A program made the position numbers and the translations under genes. A model generated the notes under the pieces. The model made no database searches and was not told the origin of the DNA. It saw only the letters and a program-made list of their open reading frames with translations. From an uncultured Gemmatimonadales bacterium (lineage in GTDB: Bacteria > Gemmatimonadota > Gemmatimonadetes > Gemmatimonadales > GWC2-71-9): a DNA stretch of 64,000 nucleotides. The stretch covers positions 196,675-260,674 of the forward strand of contig CAWGED010000005.1 in the NCBI GenBank assembly GCA_963821525.1. The letters are read 5' to 3'. This document shows positions 51,290 through 62,672 of this stretch, piece by piece (position 1 is the stretch's first letter; every line of letters starts with the position of its first letter).

Positions 51290-53207
51290 TCAGTGATCGA
51301 GGGCCCGTCGTCTCGTCACCGGCGGCAACTGGGAGAATTCCCGAAGCAGCCCGCGCAGTTCGCTCAGACTGAATGGTTTGCGTAGCCACGGCCGGTGCTG
51401 TTTCTCCAGAAACTGCAGGGTGTCGCCACGAATCGTGTCTCCGGTGCTGAATGCCACCCGGTCGGCCATGCTGGGGAAACGGCGGCCCAGCTCCTCGTAG
51501 AATTCCTGGCCTCCGGTTCGCGGCATGCGCAGGTCGGAGATGATCAGGTCGTAGGCGGCTTCTCCAACCTGGGCCAGAGCGGCCTGGCCATCGGCCGCAA
51601 CGTCAACCTTGTGTCCCCAAGCCTCGAGGGTGGCACGGACGTAGTGAAGAATGTGGGGCTCATCGTCAACCACCAGAACTCTCAGTGGACGAATGGCAAC
51701 CGGGGGAGCTTCCTCGGCCGGCGGCCGGTGGAGGTGTTGGTCGAGCGGGGAGTTCGACGGTAAAGGTGGCACCCTCTCCCGGTCGGGTGGACAGACCGAT
51801 CATGCCCTGGTGTTCCTTCACGATTCCCTGGCTGATCGAGAGGCCGAGCCCGGTGCCCTCGCCCTCGGGCTTGGTGGTAAAGAACGGCTCGAAGGCCCGG
51901 GCCGCGAGTGACTCATCCATTCCGGGCCCGTCGTCCGCCACGGTCACCGACACTCCACCGAGCCAGCGTCGAGCCTGAATCCGGATGGTGCCCGGGCGTC
52001 CGGTGGATGCGATAGCCTGTGCGGCGTTGTTGATCAGGTTGACGAACACCTGCTGGATTTGCACCGGATCGAGATCCAGTTCCGGCACATCGGGGTCGCA
52101 GGAGAGCTCCGCCTCGACGCCCACCGCCATGAGCTGATTTCGAAGAAGAGTGAGCGTCGCTTCGAGCAGGGAACGCATCGAGGTCGGCCTGCGACGATGC
52201 TCCTGCTTCCGGGCGAACCCAAGGAGATTCTTGACGATCAGGGCCGCGCGTTCGGCCTCCTGCTGGATCACCAGCAGCGGTTCGCGAATGCGGGGCGGCA
52301 CTTCGCTGAACTCGGCGAGATAGTCGGCAAAGCCCACGACTGAAGTGAGCGGGTTGTTGAGGTCGTGCGCGATGCCCGCGATCAGCTGGCCGATCGCGGA
52401 CAGCTTTTCCGACTGTACCAACTGATCCTGGAGACGTTGCCGTTCGGTCTGGTCGCTGAGCAGCAGTACACCCTCCCGCTCTCCCCGCCGCTGATGGGGA
52501 AGACGGTCGCTCCATAAATGCGGTCCCGATGTCTGAGCGTAGCCGAGGTCGCGGTGCCCGCCTCGCCCAAGGGCCTGACGGATCCCGGGGTGCCAGTCCT
52601 GCGGCATCAGTTCATGCCAGGGCCGACCCACAAGGGTGGAGATCGGAATCTCGAGTAACTCGGCAAGTGCGCGATTAGCCCGCTGGACCCGGCCGCCTGG
52701 TTCGATGATGCACAGCGCGAGGGAAACAGCATCCAGCGTCTCTTCCCACGCACGCTTCGAATTGTCGGCCAGCTCAACGACTCTCGCGCTATCGAGTGCC
52801 ACACCGGCCGCAGCGGCGAGCGCTTCAAGCAGAGCAAGGTTGGGACTGCTAGGGTGCTCCAGGCGGGCGAGCAGCACTCCAAGCCCCGGTCTTCGCGTGT
52901 GCAGGCGCACGGCGATCAGCGTGCTGGTACCGTTGGCGTCGCTGACCGGCTCCGTTCTACTGAGTGCCGCCTCGATCAGCCGCCGGTTTTCTCCCAGGCT
53001 TCTATCGCCACTCACAGTTTCGAGTTGGAGGGTTTCGGGGTGTAAAAGCGCCACCGCGCTTGCCACTGGCCCGAAGGTTGCTTTGACTTGAGCGACAAGG
53101 AGATCCGCGACCGATTGCGGACGCAGGGTGCCGGCAAGCGACCGGGCAAAGGCGGTAACTACCGAGAGGTCACGACCGGGAGAGTCTGTCATGATTCTCG
53201 CCAACAT
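51290..53207 (-). CDS. hybrid sensor histidine kinase/response regulator (GAF-like, PAS, HisKA, HATPase, receiver); frame break near 51715-51745 and probably two more near 52470-52570
   Basis: IAGIAHDLNNPL (H box), NLINNAAQA (N box), DDGPGM, GTGLGLS. The receiver LRVLVVDDEP...DLIISDLRMP...KPF is in ORF 51290..51772, which would otherwise overlap the kinase by about 100 nt. Confidence 0.8.
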
Positions 53208-53871
53208 TCGTGGTCAACTGAAGCCAAACGACCTGCAGCTGGTTCTTCTGCTGTTGAGCCGAGGCTCCGCAACGCGTCGAGCGCTGCTGGAACGGCGACT
53301 CACTGAGGAAGGGCCTGACAGCCTTCTCGAATCTCCCGATCTGCCTGAAGCACTCCTCGCCGTTCGGACCATCCTTGTCCCGAGTCCCGCGCTGTTCTTC
53401 TATGTGATGGTTCGCCACGCGCTGCGTACCGCGGAGGTGGACGACCGGGAGTTGGCGGACTACCTCGCGTCGATGCTGCTGGAGTTCGGGCGTCGGGAGC
53501 GGGCCTACCAAGTCGACTGGAACGACGACCAGCGGCATCGCTACATGATCGATATCCTGGCGGATCTCGAGCTCTCGCAGGGCGCGCGACGATTCAAGGT
53601 GATGGTCCATCTGGGCAATTACGCGCTCTGGCTGGCAGGGCTCTTTCCGGACTACATCGCGGCGCGACAGCTTCGGAGCGGCGGCCCGGATCTCAGCTAC
53701 TACGATACGCTCGGTCGCCGGGGCTTCGAGCTCGCTTCGGACCACGCGCTGGCCGACCACTACAACCTCGAGACGGTTTTTCGCTCGGCGGCCGAACGCT
53801 ATCCCGAAGTTCGCGGTGCGCTCAACGACATCAGCGAGCGCGTCTTTTTCCCTTCCGGCTACCTCCACTGA
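53191..53871 (+). CDS. hypothetical protein
   Basis: 226 aa from the ATG at 53191. Protein-like composition (the antisense ORF 53170..53868 is Arg-rich). No motif recognised. Confidence 0.5.
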   Translation: MILANIRGQLKPNDLQLVLLLLSRGSATRRALLERRLTEEGPDSLLESPDLPEALLAVRTILVPSPALFFYVMVRHALRTAEVDDRELADYLASMLLEFGRRERAYQVDWNDDQRHRYMIDILADLELSQGARRFKVMVHLGNYALWLAGLFPDYIAARQLRSGGPDLSYYDTLGRRGFELASDHALADHYNLETVFRSAAERYPEVRGALNDISERVFFPSGYLH

Positions 53872-53934
53872 TCCTGCCGGGCTGCGGTCGAAGCCCGGTT
53901 CGCCTCTCGCACCAGAGCCTGAAACAATCCCAAA

Positions 53935-54614
53935 TCAGGTCGATTCCGCCTCGGCGTGGAACTCCTCCGGATGCCACTGCACGGCGAGGAGCCAGGCCAG
54001 GCCCTGCTTCCTGTTCCAATCCTTCGGCCAAGCCGTCAGGCGACAGAGCGGAAACCTTGAGGCCCGGCGCCAGCTTGCGAATGCCCTGATGATGGAACGA
54101 GTTCACCTCGAGTTGCGTGGCTCCCAAGGCCTTAGCCAGTATCGTCTGGGGCACGACCTCAACTCGGTGGGACTGCGGTCGTTCCTCGCGCCCTTCTGCC
54201 GGTGATCGATCTCCGCCGGACGCTGGCTCGGCAGGTCCTGCCAGAGCGTGCCGCCCAAGGCGACGTTCACCAGTTGGAAGCCGCGGCAGATCGCGAGCGT
54301 CGGCACCTGCCGCTCGCGGCGCGGCGCGGAACACCGCCAGCTCGAACGCGTCCCGCTGAGGATCGATCGGATCGAGCGAAGGATGAGGAGCCTCGCCGTA
54401 GTGCGAGGGATCCATGTCGTCTCCGCCGGTGAGCAGCAGACCGTCCACCGTCTCCACCACCTGTCCGGCGAGCTCCGGGCCCAACAGCGGCGAAAGAATC
54501 AGGGGGATTCCGCCGGCCCGAAGCACGCTGCGCACGTAGGCGGACGTTCACCCCGCTGCGGTCCGCGCCGCTTACGGCCCGAGTCAGTCCAGTGACACCG
54601 ATCCTTGGCGTCAT
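53935..54614 (-). CDS. class I glutamine amidotransferase, gamma-glutamyl-GABA hydrolase (PuuD/peptidase C26)-like; at least four frame breaks
   Basis: Pieces in three frames: MTPRIGVTG..., YVRSVLRAGGIPLIL...LLLTGGDDMDP, PTLAICRGFQLVNVALGGTLWQD (nucleophile Cys), NSFHHQ, LLAVQWHPE. Confidence 0.7.
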
Positions 54615-55093
54615 GGGTGCACCGAGTCCGGGAAGAATGGGCATCGTGGGTCCTCGTACCGCTCGACGGGGAGCTGGATTCCGAGCAGTGGTACCATGAC
54701 GGAATCAATAGCCACCGAGCCAAGCTCCGGTGCGCCCTTGATCGGGGCGGATTCATAAAGCATCACGCCACGCGGCTTCCCGGTGGGATCTACCACGAGC
54801 ACCCCAAAACCTGGCCGCACCTTGCTGGGAAGATTTCCTTCCATTCCGATCACCAGTTTTTCCCCGGTCCGCCCGGCGATGGCGGAGTAGGCCGGTCCGG
54901 CGGCAAGGCGGACGACGACTCGCTCCGGCAGGGCCGAGGGCGGAGTGCTCAGGGTCTGGTCCGGGACTCCGAATTGTTCCAGCAGCAGGCTGGCGCCCGC
55001 CATCGCGGTGAACCCGCAGGTGGCACCACCCGAAGGCTTGCCACATGCCCCCAGGACGACCAGAAGCAGCGGAGTGAAACGGGTCATCCACAT
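54611..55093 (-). CDS. lipoprotein of unknown function
   Basis: MWMTRFTPLLLVVLGAC|GK lipobox. Stop overlaps the amidotransferase ATG (ATGA). Confidence 0.55.
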   Translation of the reverse strand: MWMTRFTPLLLVVLGACGKPSGGATCGFTAMAGASLLLEQFGVPDQTLSTPPSALPERVVVRLAAGPAYSAIAGRTGEKLVIGMEGNLPSKVRPGFGVLVVDPTGKPRGVMLYESAPIKGAPELGSVAIDSVMVPLLGIQLPVERYEDPRCPFFPDSVHP

Positions 55094-55159
55094 GCCGTAA
55101 GTTAACACCCGGGCGACGGTTCCTTGACGGTCGGTGGGTCGGTACCGTAGCATTTGGGC

Positions 55160-55324
55160 ATGGCCCTCTATGAATATCGTTGTACCGCCTGCGACCACAT
55201 CTTTTCGGTGTTCCATCCGGTCGAGGAGCACGGGAAGGCGCGGGTGACCTGCCCCAAATGCAAGTCGGCGAAAGTCGAACAGGTCTTTTCTCCGTTCTAC
55301 GCCAAGACCGTCCGGAAATCCTGA
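55160..55324 (+). CDS. FmdB-family zinc-ribbon protein (54 aa, below ORF-track cutoff)
   Basis: Own translation: MALYEYRCTACDHIFSVFHPVEEHGKARVTCPKCKSAKVEQVFSPFYAKTVRKS, with the YEYRC..C...CP.C signature. Confidence 0.8.
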   Translation: MALYEYRCTACDHIFSVFHPVEEHGKARVTCPKCKSAKVEQVFSPFYAKTVRKS

Positions 55325-55326
55325 GC

Positions 55327-55779
55327 GTGTTCGAAGGACTGCGCGGGCGTGCGCGGGCAGCGGCCCTGCAGGCCGCGGTCATCGAGGCCAAGGTGGCGGT
55401 CGGTCTCTTGCGTGACGGCATCGCGGCGACGGAGCGCGAGCTCGCGCTGGAACAAAGGCATTTGGGGGACGCCGAGCGGCGTGGTGAACTCGCACGGCAG
55501 ATTCCCGATCCCGAAACCGTCGCGATTGCGGAACGGTTCGCGGCCAAACACCGGGAGCGGGCCACCGTTCTGGAACGGAAGCTGTCCGTCCAGAGAGACG
55601 AACTGGTGCTGGCGGAGCGCGAGCTGGCGGAGATGACCGAAGCCCTGAAAAACCCGGCGGGCGAGACCGACGCCGATGATCCGGCCCTGAAAATCCGGAT
55701 GGACCGCGCCGGCTATGAGGCGGCCGCCGAGGCGCAGCTCGCGCACCTGAAGAGGAAGCTGGGAAAGGACAAACCGTGA
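55327..55779 (+). CDS. coiled-coil protein of unknown function
   Basis: GTG at 55327, 2 nt after the FmdB stop. Heptad-like E/R/L/A-rich sequence. The 5' part of track ORF 55180..55779 is the FmdB gene in another frame. Confidence 0.5.
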   Translation: MFEGLRGRARAAALQAAVIEAKVAVGLLRDGIAATERELALEQRHLGDAERRGELARQIPDPETVAIAERFAAKHRERATVLERKLSVQRDELVLAERELAEMTEALKNPAGETDADDPALKIRMDRAGYEAAAEAQLAHLKRKLGKDKP

Positions 55780-55977
55780 GACCAACGGTGATTGCTCGTC
55801 CTGCAACATCCCGCCGACCTCTCGCTCACAACTAATAAAGTCGCAAACCGCTGGTGACCTGCGGTCCCGGGAGATGTTCGGGGTCAGAATTCTGTCAGAG
55901 CTTGCGGTCGCTCGTACGCGGCACGTGATTGGCTGCTAGCGTTCACTGGGAAATCCCCCTCTAAGGAGAAAACCACC

Positions 55978-57538
55978 TTGGCGACGACGTCCGCACCGCC
56001 CTCGCAGCACGCGCCGGCGGCGGGGCAATCCGCGCAGCATGACGCCGCCTTCTTCGGGCACCCCCGCGGGCTGGCGACACTTTTCTTCACCGAGATGTGG
56101 GAGCGGTTCGCCTACTACGGCAAGCGCGCCATCCTGATCCTCTTCATGACGGCCTCGGCCGCGGCCGGCGGACTGGGCTGGGACGTCGCGAAGGCCGGTG
56201 CGGTCTACGGGACCTACGTCGCGCTGGTGTACATGCTGTCGCTGCCGGGCGGGTGGATGGCCGACAAGATCCTGGGGCTCCGCCGGGCGGTGCTCTACGG
56301 CGGCATCTTCATCATGTGCGGGCAGATCTGTCTCGCCATTCCGGGGAGCACGCTCTTCTTCCCGGGACTGGCCTGCATCATCATCGGCACCGGATTGCTC
56401 AAGCCCAACGTCAGCGCGATCGTGGGTGAGCTGTATACCCAGGAAGATCGCCGGCGGGACGCCGGCTTTTCGATTTTCTACATGGGGATCAACCTCGGCG
56501 CATTCATCTCCCCGCTGGTCGTCGGATCGCTGGCTCAGGGCAGCACGTTCCAGGGCTTTCTGCAGAACATGGGATTCGATCCCCGCAATTCATGGCATTG
56601 GGGATTCGGGATCGGCTCGCTGGGCATGCTGTTCGGCCTCATTCAGTACATGCGAGGCTGGAAGTACCTGGGTGAAGCGGGCATCCATCCCAGTGTAACG
56701 CCGGCGTCGCCGCAGGGCGCGCAGGCCCGGCGCCAGGTCTGGATCGGTGCGCTCGTAATCATCGCCATCATCGGCCTCATCGCCGCGCTGGTGCAGCAGA
56801 ATGTGATCTCGATTCAGACCGTCACCAATGGATTCAGCTGGCTCTACCTCGCGATCGTGGTCGGCTTCTTCGTCTGGCTCTTCCAGTTCGGCCAATGGAC
56901 CAGGGAGGAACGGAAGCGACTGATCGTGATCCTGGTGCTGTTCTGCTCCGCGGCGGTGTTCTGGTCGGCGTTCGAGCAGGCCGCATCCAGCCTGAATCTG
57001 TTCGCCCAGCGGAACACCGATACCAAGTTCCTGGGCATCGCGTTCCCGCCGAGCTGGCTCCAGTCGGTGAACGCCGCTGATGATCATCATCTTCGCCCCC
57101 GTCTTCGCCTGGCTCTGGATACGGTTGGGCAAGCATGATCCCTCGAGTCCCACCAAGTTCGCCTTCGGCCTGCTCTTCGTAGGGCTCGGATTCGCCGTCA
57201 TGATCGGCGCGGCAGCTGCGTCGGCGAGCGGTCAGCTGGTCAGTCCGATGTGGCTGATGGTCACCTACTTCCTGCACACTGTCGGCGAGCTCTGCCTGAG
57301 CCCGGTCGGACTTTCTTCGATGACGCGGCTCGCCCCGGACCGGGTGAAGGGCATGATGATGGGTGTGTGGTTCCTGGCAACGTCGGTGGGCAACCTGATC
57401 GCCGGCCGGGTGGCCGGCTTCTACACTTCGTTCTCGCTCACCCAGCTGTTCGGCGCGGTCACGGTCTTCGCACTCGTCGCGAGCCTGATCATGTTCCTGC
57501 TGGTCCGGCCCATCAAGCAGATGCTGGCGAGGGACTAG
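55978..57538 (+). CDS. POT/PTR2-family proton-dependent oligopeptide transporter; frame broken near 57070-57082
   Basis: GHPRGLATLFFTEMWERFAYYGKRAILILFM signature. The last helices are in ORF 57080..57538. AAGGAGA precedes the TTG start. Confidence 0.85.
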
Positions 57539-57540
57539 GA

Positions 57541-58548
57541 TTACTTACTCTTGAACACCCGGAAGAGGTAGCGCAGAGAAGGGAACAAGACCGCCGCACC
57601 CAGGGCCAGGGCAGCCAAGGTGAGCTGCAGGGTTATCCGAGGTGCGGCGGCGTCTTTTATGGTGAGGTCGGGAGGAAGCAGGTAAGGATACTGCGCCGCC
57701 GCCCACCCCCAGATGATGCAGCTGAGCTGTGCCGCGGCCGCAAACCGTGCCAGGTGCCACCGCCGCTTCCAGAGTGCCAGCAGCGCAGTCACTGCAAAGG
57801 CTCCGGTGAGCAGGTGAATCGGGATCGCGCGAGTGGAGCCGAGCAGCCCCTCCTCCATGAGCGGCGCATCGCGGAGCGCCGTCAGCAGAGTCAGCACCGC
57901 CGCCACAAAGCAGAGCCCGCCCGCGACGAGCGCCCGGGTCCGGAAATCCTCCTTCAAAGATTCGCTGTCCGCCTCGATGGTGAGATAGACCGCCGCGAGG
58001 AACGCGAACAACACCACCGTGAAGAGCCCCAGCGACAGGGCGAACGGCGTGAGCCATGGAGAGACATAGCCGGCGAGAAAATCGGTTCCTGCCGGCGGAC
58101 GACGGACGCGCCCCGATGCGATCGCGCCCACACACACCCCCAACAAGAACGGAGTCAGCAGGCTCGCGATGGAAAAGGTCCGGCCCCAGCGGCGCTGGGC
58201 CACATCGTGATGGGTATCGTAGGAGCGGAAGATGAAGGCGGATCCCCGGAGCACGATGCCGAAGAGCATCAGGGTGAGCGGGATGTGGAGACCCACCGCG
58301 ACGCGGCTGAACCCGAGGGGGAAACAGGTGAAGAGCAGGACGACCACGAGAATCAGCCATACATGGTTCGCTTCCCACACCGGGCCGATCGCGTTGGCGA
58401 TGAGCTCGCGCTGCCGGTCGCGCCGCGGCCCGGACGCAAGCAGGTCCCAGACTCCTCCACCGAAATCCGCTCCGGCCAGGAGCATGTAACCGTTCAGGGC
58501 GATGAGAATTACACCCGCGATGAGCAGCGCTTCGATCGCAGGAGACAT
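57541..58548 (-). CDS. cydB: cytochrome bd-type quinol oxidase subunit II
   Basis: LNGYMLLAGADFGGGVWDLLA...GPVWEANHVWLI. ATG at 58548 overlaps the cydA stop. Confidence 0.9.
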   Translation of the reverse strand: MSPAIEALLIAGVILIALNGYMLLAGADFGGGVWDLLASGPRRDRQRELIANAIGPVWEANHVWLILVVVLLFTCFPLGFSRVAVGLHIPLTLMLFGIVLRGSAFIFRSYDTHHDVAQRRWGRTFSIASLLTPFLLGVCVGAIASGRVRRPPAGTDFLAGYVSPWLTPFALSLGLFTVVLFAFLAAVYLTIEADSESLKEDFRTRALVAGGLCFVAAVLTLLTALRDAPLMEEGLLGSTRAIPIHLLTGAFAVTALLALWKRRWHLARFAAAAQLSCIIWGWAAAQYPYLLPPDLTIKDAAAPRITLQLTLAALALGAAVLFPSLRYLFRVFKSK

Positions 58549-59899
58549 CAGCCCTTCACCTCGATCTTGGGGCCGGGCGTATAGCTGCGGCTCCAGTCTC
58601 TGGTCACCGGGCTTCTGATGATCTGGGAGTAGAGCATCCAGGCGACGATCGTGCCGAGGAAGAGATAGAGCAGCGTAATCAGGGTAAACGGCACTACGAG
58701 GCCCGGCATCGGAGTGACTGCCTCCGCCGTTCTCAAGACACCGGTGATGATCCACGGTTGCCGGCCAACCTCGGTCACCACCCAGCCCGCTTCGATGGCG
58801 AGAAACCCCATCGGACCGGCCAGGATGATCGCCTTGAGCAGGGTACGATTCTGCGGAATTTCGCGGCGTCGTAAGGCTGTAATCGCCACCCACAGAGCGA
58901 GGAGAGCCATGTAGCTGCCGAGCCCCACCATGATCTGAAATGCCAGGTGGACGATCGTGACGTGGGGCCAATCTTCACGGGGTACCTGGTCGAGGCCCTT
59001 CACCTCCGCGTGGGGATCATGATACGCCAGGAGTGACAGTCCGTAGGGAATCTCGATTCCAAAGCGAACCTCCCGCCGTTCAATGTCAGGCAGCCCGCCG
59101 ATCAGGAGTGGGGCTCCGCGCCGGGTCTCGAAGACGGACTCCATCGCGGCGAGTTTGGCCGGCTGATACTCGGCTACGTTCCGGGCGCTGATGTCCCCCG
59201 AGACAGGCTGCAGCAGGGCGGCCGGTGTTCCGACCATGAGGCCGATCTGCAGGGCCCGCCGGTGGAAGGCGTTCATGGGATCGCCGAGGAGGAAGACCGC
59301 ATGGACCGCGGAGACGGCGAGGCCGGTTGCGGCGTACGCGGCAAGCGTCATGTGCAGCGTCTGCTGAAATGCCGCGGGGTTGAGCATCGCGCGGATCGGA
59401 TCGAGCTCCGTGAGCTGACCCGAGACCGCGCGTGAATCCCGTGGGGGTATTCATCCAGGCGTTCGCGATGACGACGAAGATTCCGGAGAGCACGCCGCTG
59501 AGTGCCACCAGGATTCCCGCCCCTATGTGCGCCTTGGGCGGAAATCCTTTCCCAGCCATAGAGGTAGATCCCGAGGAAGATGGCTTCCGTGAAGAAGGCG
59601 AAGCCTTCGAGGGAGAAAGGCATGCCGATGATCGGGCCCGCCATCTCCATGAACCTGGGCCACAGGAGACCCAGCTCGAAGCTCAGGACGGTTCCCGAAA
59701 CGGCGCCGACGGCAAACAGAATCGCCGTGCCCTTCGCCCAGCGCTTGGCCAGCTCGAGGTAGACCGGATCGCGGGTTGCCCGCCAGCGCCATTCCGCCAG
59801 CACCATGAGCAGCGGCATGCCGATGCCTACCACCGCGAAGATGATATGAAAGGCCAGCGAGATGGCCATCTGGGAGCGGGCGGCGAGCAGGTCGGACAT
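58548..59899 (-). CDS. cydA: cytochrome bd-type quinol oxidase subunit I; frame breaks near 59540-59555 and 59420-59440
   Basis: ARSQMAISLAFHIIFAVVGIG...FSLEGFAFFTEAIFLGIYLYGW, then KAHIGAGILVALSGVLSGIFVVIANAWMNTPTGF (other frame), then ...GRQPWII. Confidence 0.9.
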
Positions 59900-59904
59900 G
59901 CCGC

Positions 59905-62672
59905 CTAGAACAATAGCTCTATCCCCAGGCGGAAGAGGTGAGGCGGGCCGTAGAAGAAGAGCGGCTGGGTATAGTCCTTGACCGCGGCCTGGTAGAGCGG
60001 CATCAGCTCCCCGGCGCCGTCCACATAGCCGTTGTGGTCGAGGTCCGCCCAGGCACGGTAGCGCGGCGACTCATAGGGGATCGGTTCGGGGTGCATGGCG
60101 TACGCACTATCCACCAGCCCCTGAACCTCGGCGTTGGTGGGGTTCACGCCTCCTGAATTGCGGCGGACGGCCACGATGTTGCGCTTGTTGAGAATGTTGC
60201 GGCCGTCGAGGTAGACGCTCCCCCCATTTTGCCCAGCCTGAACGGCCGCCGAATCAGCATGTCCAGCGTGCTGGTGCTCGGCAGGCGATTGTCGTTGGGC
60301 AGGCCGACCAGACTGTCTCCCGCCAGATTGGTACGCGAATAAGGCAACCCCGACCCCCAGCGGAAGATCAGCGATGCCTGGAAGTCGGCGAGCACGTGGG
60401 CGCCCAGGAGAGTCGGTCCCCAACGGGTAGGAGTCTGTCCCGTGCCGATCAGGATAAGGCCGTGCCGGCGATCGTAGTCCAGAGGGAATTCGACCTTGGC
60501 GGGGAAGGTGGTGTCCCCGGTGATAGGATCAACTCTGATTTGCTGGCGCAACAGGAACGCGGTGGTAGACGTCGCAGTAGCCTGTTGCAGAGTGTAGCTC
60601 ACCCGGAGTCCCCAGTTCCGCCGGAACTCCCGCTCCAGAATCAACTCGAGTCCCTTTACCGATCCTGCGTCGGCATTACCGAAAATGCTCGAATCGGGAT
60701 CCACGCCGAAGGGAACTGAAGCGACGAGCCCGTCGAGCCGCTTGATGTAGAGATTCGCCCGGACGGAAGTGATCTGGGAGGGCCGCACCCGGAGGCTGAA
60801 CTCGTATTGGGTGTTCTCCTCGAATCCGAGGTTCGGATTACCCTGACGGAACCTCCCGGTGCGTACCGTATCGTCGAAGGCGGCGTCCACCAGGTACTGA
60901 TAGTCTGGTGGCTGGCGGAATACGCCGTAGCTCGCGACGAATGTCGCTCCTTTGAAGACCGTGCTCACGGCAAAGCGGGGACTCAGTCCATGCTGGGTCT
61001 CGGCAGGCTGTCCGGGCAGATCGAGCCGTCCGCTGAACTGGTCGTACCGCAGTCCTGCCGTGAAGGCCAACTCGTCTTTCCGGTACTGCGCCTCGGCGTA
61101 GAGCGCCGCGGCGTAGGGGTCAAAACTGCTGGCTGTGGCGTCGGGAACCGAATCGCCCGCGGGGAGGTAGCCCAGCACGCGGTTGAAGGTGCGTACCTCC
61201 TGGCTGGCGTATTCACCGCCGACGTAGAAGTCTCCGGAGGTCCCGGCGCTGATGCTCAGATCGAGCCGGCTGCGCAGGTCCTTGTACTTATTCCAGGCGA
61301 CATCTCCCTTCGATGAACCACCCATGTAATAGGCGGGCACTCCCCACGGAGTCTTATCGCTGGGCGCGGGAGGAGAGAATCCGATAATCTGGCGGTTCCC
61401 GGCAACGGTGTCTTGCCGGCGCGCGATGTCCTCTCCGACGATGTCAAGCTTATCGAAGGTGAATGCGCCGACGTTGTAGTCGGGCGGATTAACACTGGTT
61501 CCGCGGAGGAATTCGCGGTCGAAATACCCCACGCGAACGTCCCCCACGATCCCGGGCTTCTCAAGAACCTGCTGGAAGTGTCCGCTGATGAAAGTCCCGG
61601 TCAGCCGGCGAGCGGGCCCAAGATCAGGCTCGTATTTGTAGAGCGGATCATAGAGGAAGCGCTGTTCGTTGCTCTGTGCGGCCAGCAGGCGAAGGGTCCT
61701 GGTGCGGCCAAGCGGCGCGGTCACCTTCCCCGCGAGGTTGATGAGCTGGCCGCTGTTGTGGGGAAGAAGCCATGGCTCAGCGTGCCGGGGATCCCTCGAA
61801 TCGGATGGCGCCGGCGCGTTGACCGGGTCGGCATCCATGCGCGCCGACAGATCCGCCGCACCTACCACGGTGACTCCACCGGCTACGGGCCCGTCGCCCG
61901 AGAGAATCGCGCGGTCGAGTCCGTAGTCCAGCCCGTCGCCGAAGGGACGGTCGGTCTCGTAGGCGGCGTGGCCGCTCCACTTCTGTCCTCCATCCCGGGT
62001 TACCACGTTCACCAGCGCCGAGATGGCCTGGCCGTAGCGCGCCGAAAAGCCGTTGGTGATGAGGGAGGTCTCGGCCAGCATGTCGAGAGGCAGTCCCAAC
62101 GTGGTCGCGCTGGTCGACGCATCGAGCTGATTCTTGATTCCTAAGCCGTCCACGATGAACGCTTGCTCTCCAATCCGGCCTCCGCGATAGCTCTCGCCCA
62201 CGGTTCCGGCGGACAAGGCAACCGCCTCTTCCAAGGTGGTGACCGGAATTCTGCGCAGCTCTTCCGCGGTGAAACGCTGGGCGTCGGTCACGACGAACGG
62301 ATCGAGGACCGAGTCCACTCGCTGACTGACCACTTCGATGGGTTCGAGTCCGACGGGGTCAACGGTCAGCGAAAAATCGAGCCTGGTGACCTGGCCACTT
62401 CGAATGAGCACGCTGTCGCGGCTGACCGGCCGATGGCCGATGGAGGCGGCGCTGATCGCGTGCCAGCCGGCAGGCACCTCCCGCAAGCGATAGAACCCCT
62501 CGGCGTCGGTCACCGCGACGTAACGTCCATCGTCCACCACCAGCCGGGCGCCCTGCAGCGGAGTCTTCGTCTCCCCCGCCTCCCGCACGAACCCGGACAC
62601 GCCACCTACTGCCTGAGCGCCAAGTGGCGCGGCGGCGGCCATGAATGCCGCTGCGAGAAGGAGGCGTCTCAT
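59905..62672 (-). CDS. TonB-dependent receptor with N-terminal carboxypeptidase-regulatory-like domain; frame broken at the C6 run 60220-60225
   Basis: Signal peptide, GFVRE...PLQGARLVV...GFYRLREVPAG, plug (TAEELRRIPVTTLEEAV). The C-terminal barrel end ...LFRLGIELLF is in ORF 59905..60423. Confidence 0.85.

Noticed and set aside
55884-56090. Cys-rich 68-aa minus-strand ORF (CCADCPAAGACCEGG) as a possible metal-binding or RiPP peptide
   Set aside because: It lies antisense to the conserved N-terminus and ribosome-binding region of the POT transporter, and has no Shine-Dalgarno or partner genes.
57250-58584. 444-aa plus-strand ORF
   Set aside because: Antisense to cydB. The translation is extremely Arg/Glu/Pro/Gly-rich, with no domain-like sequence.
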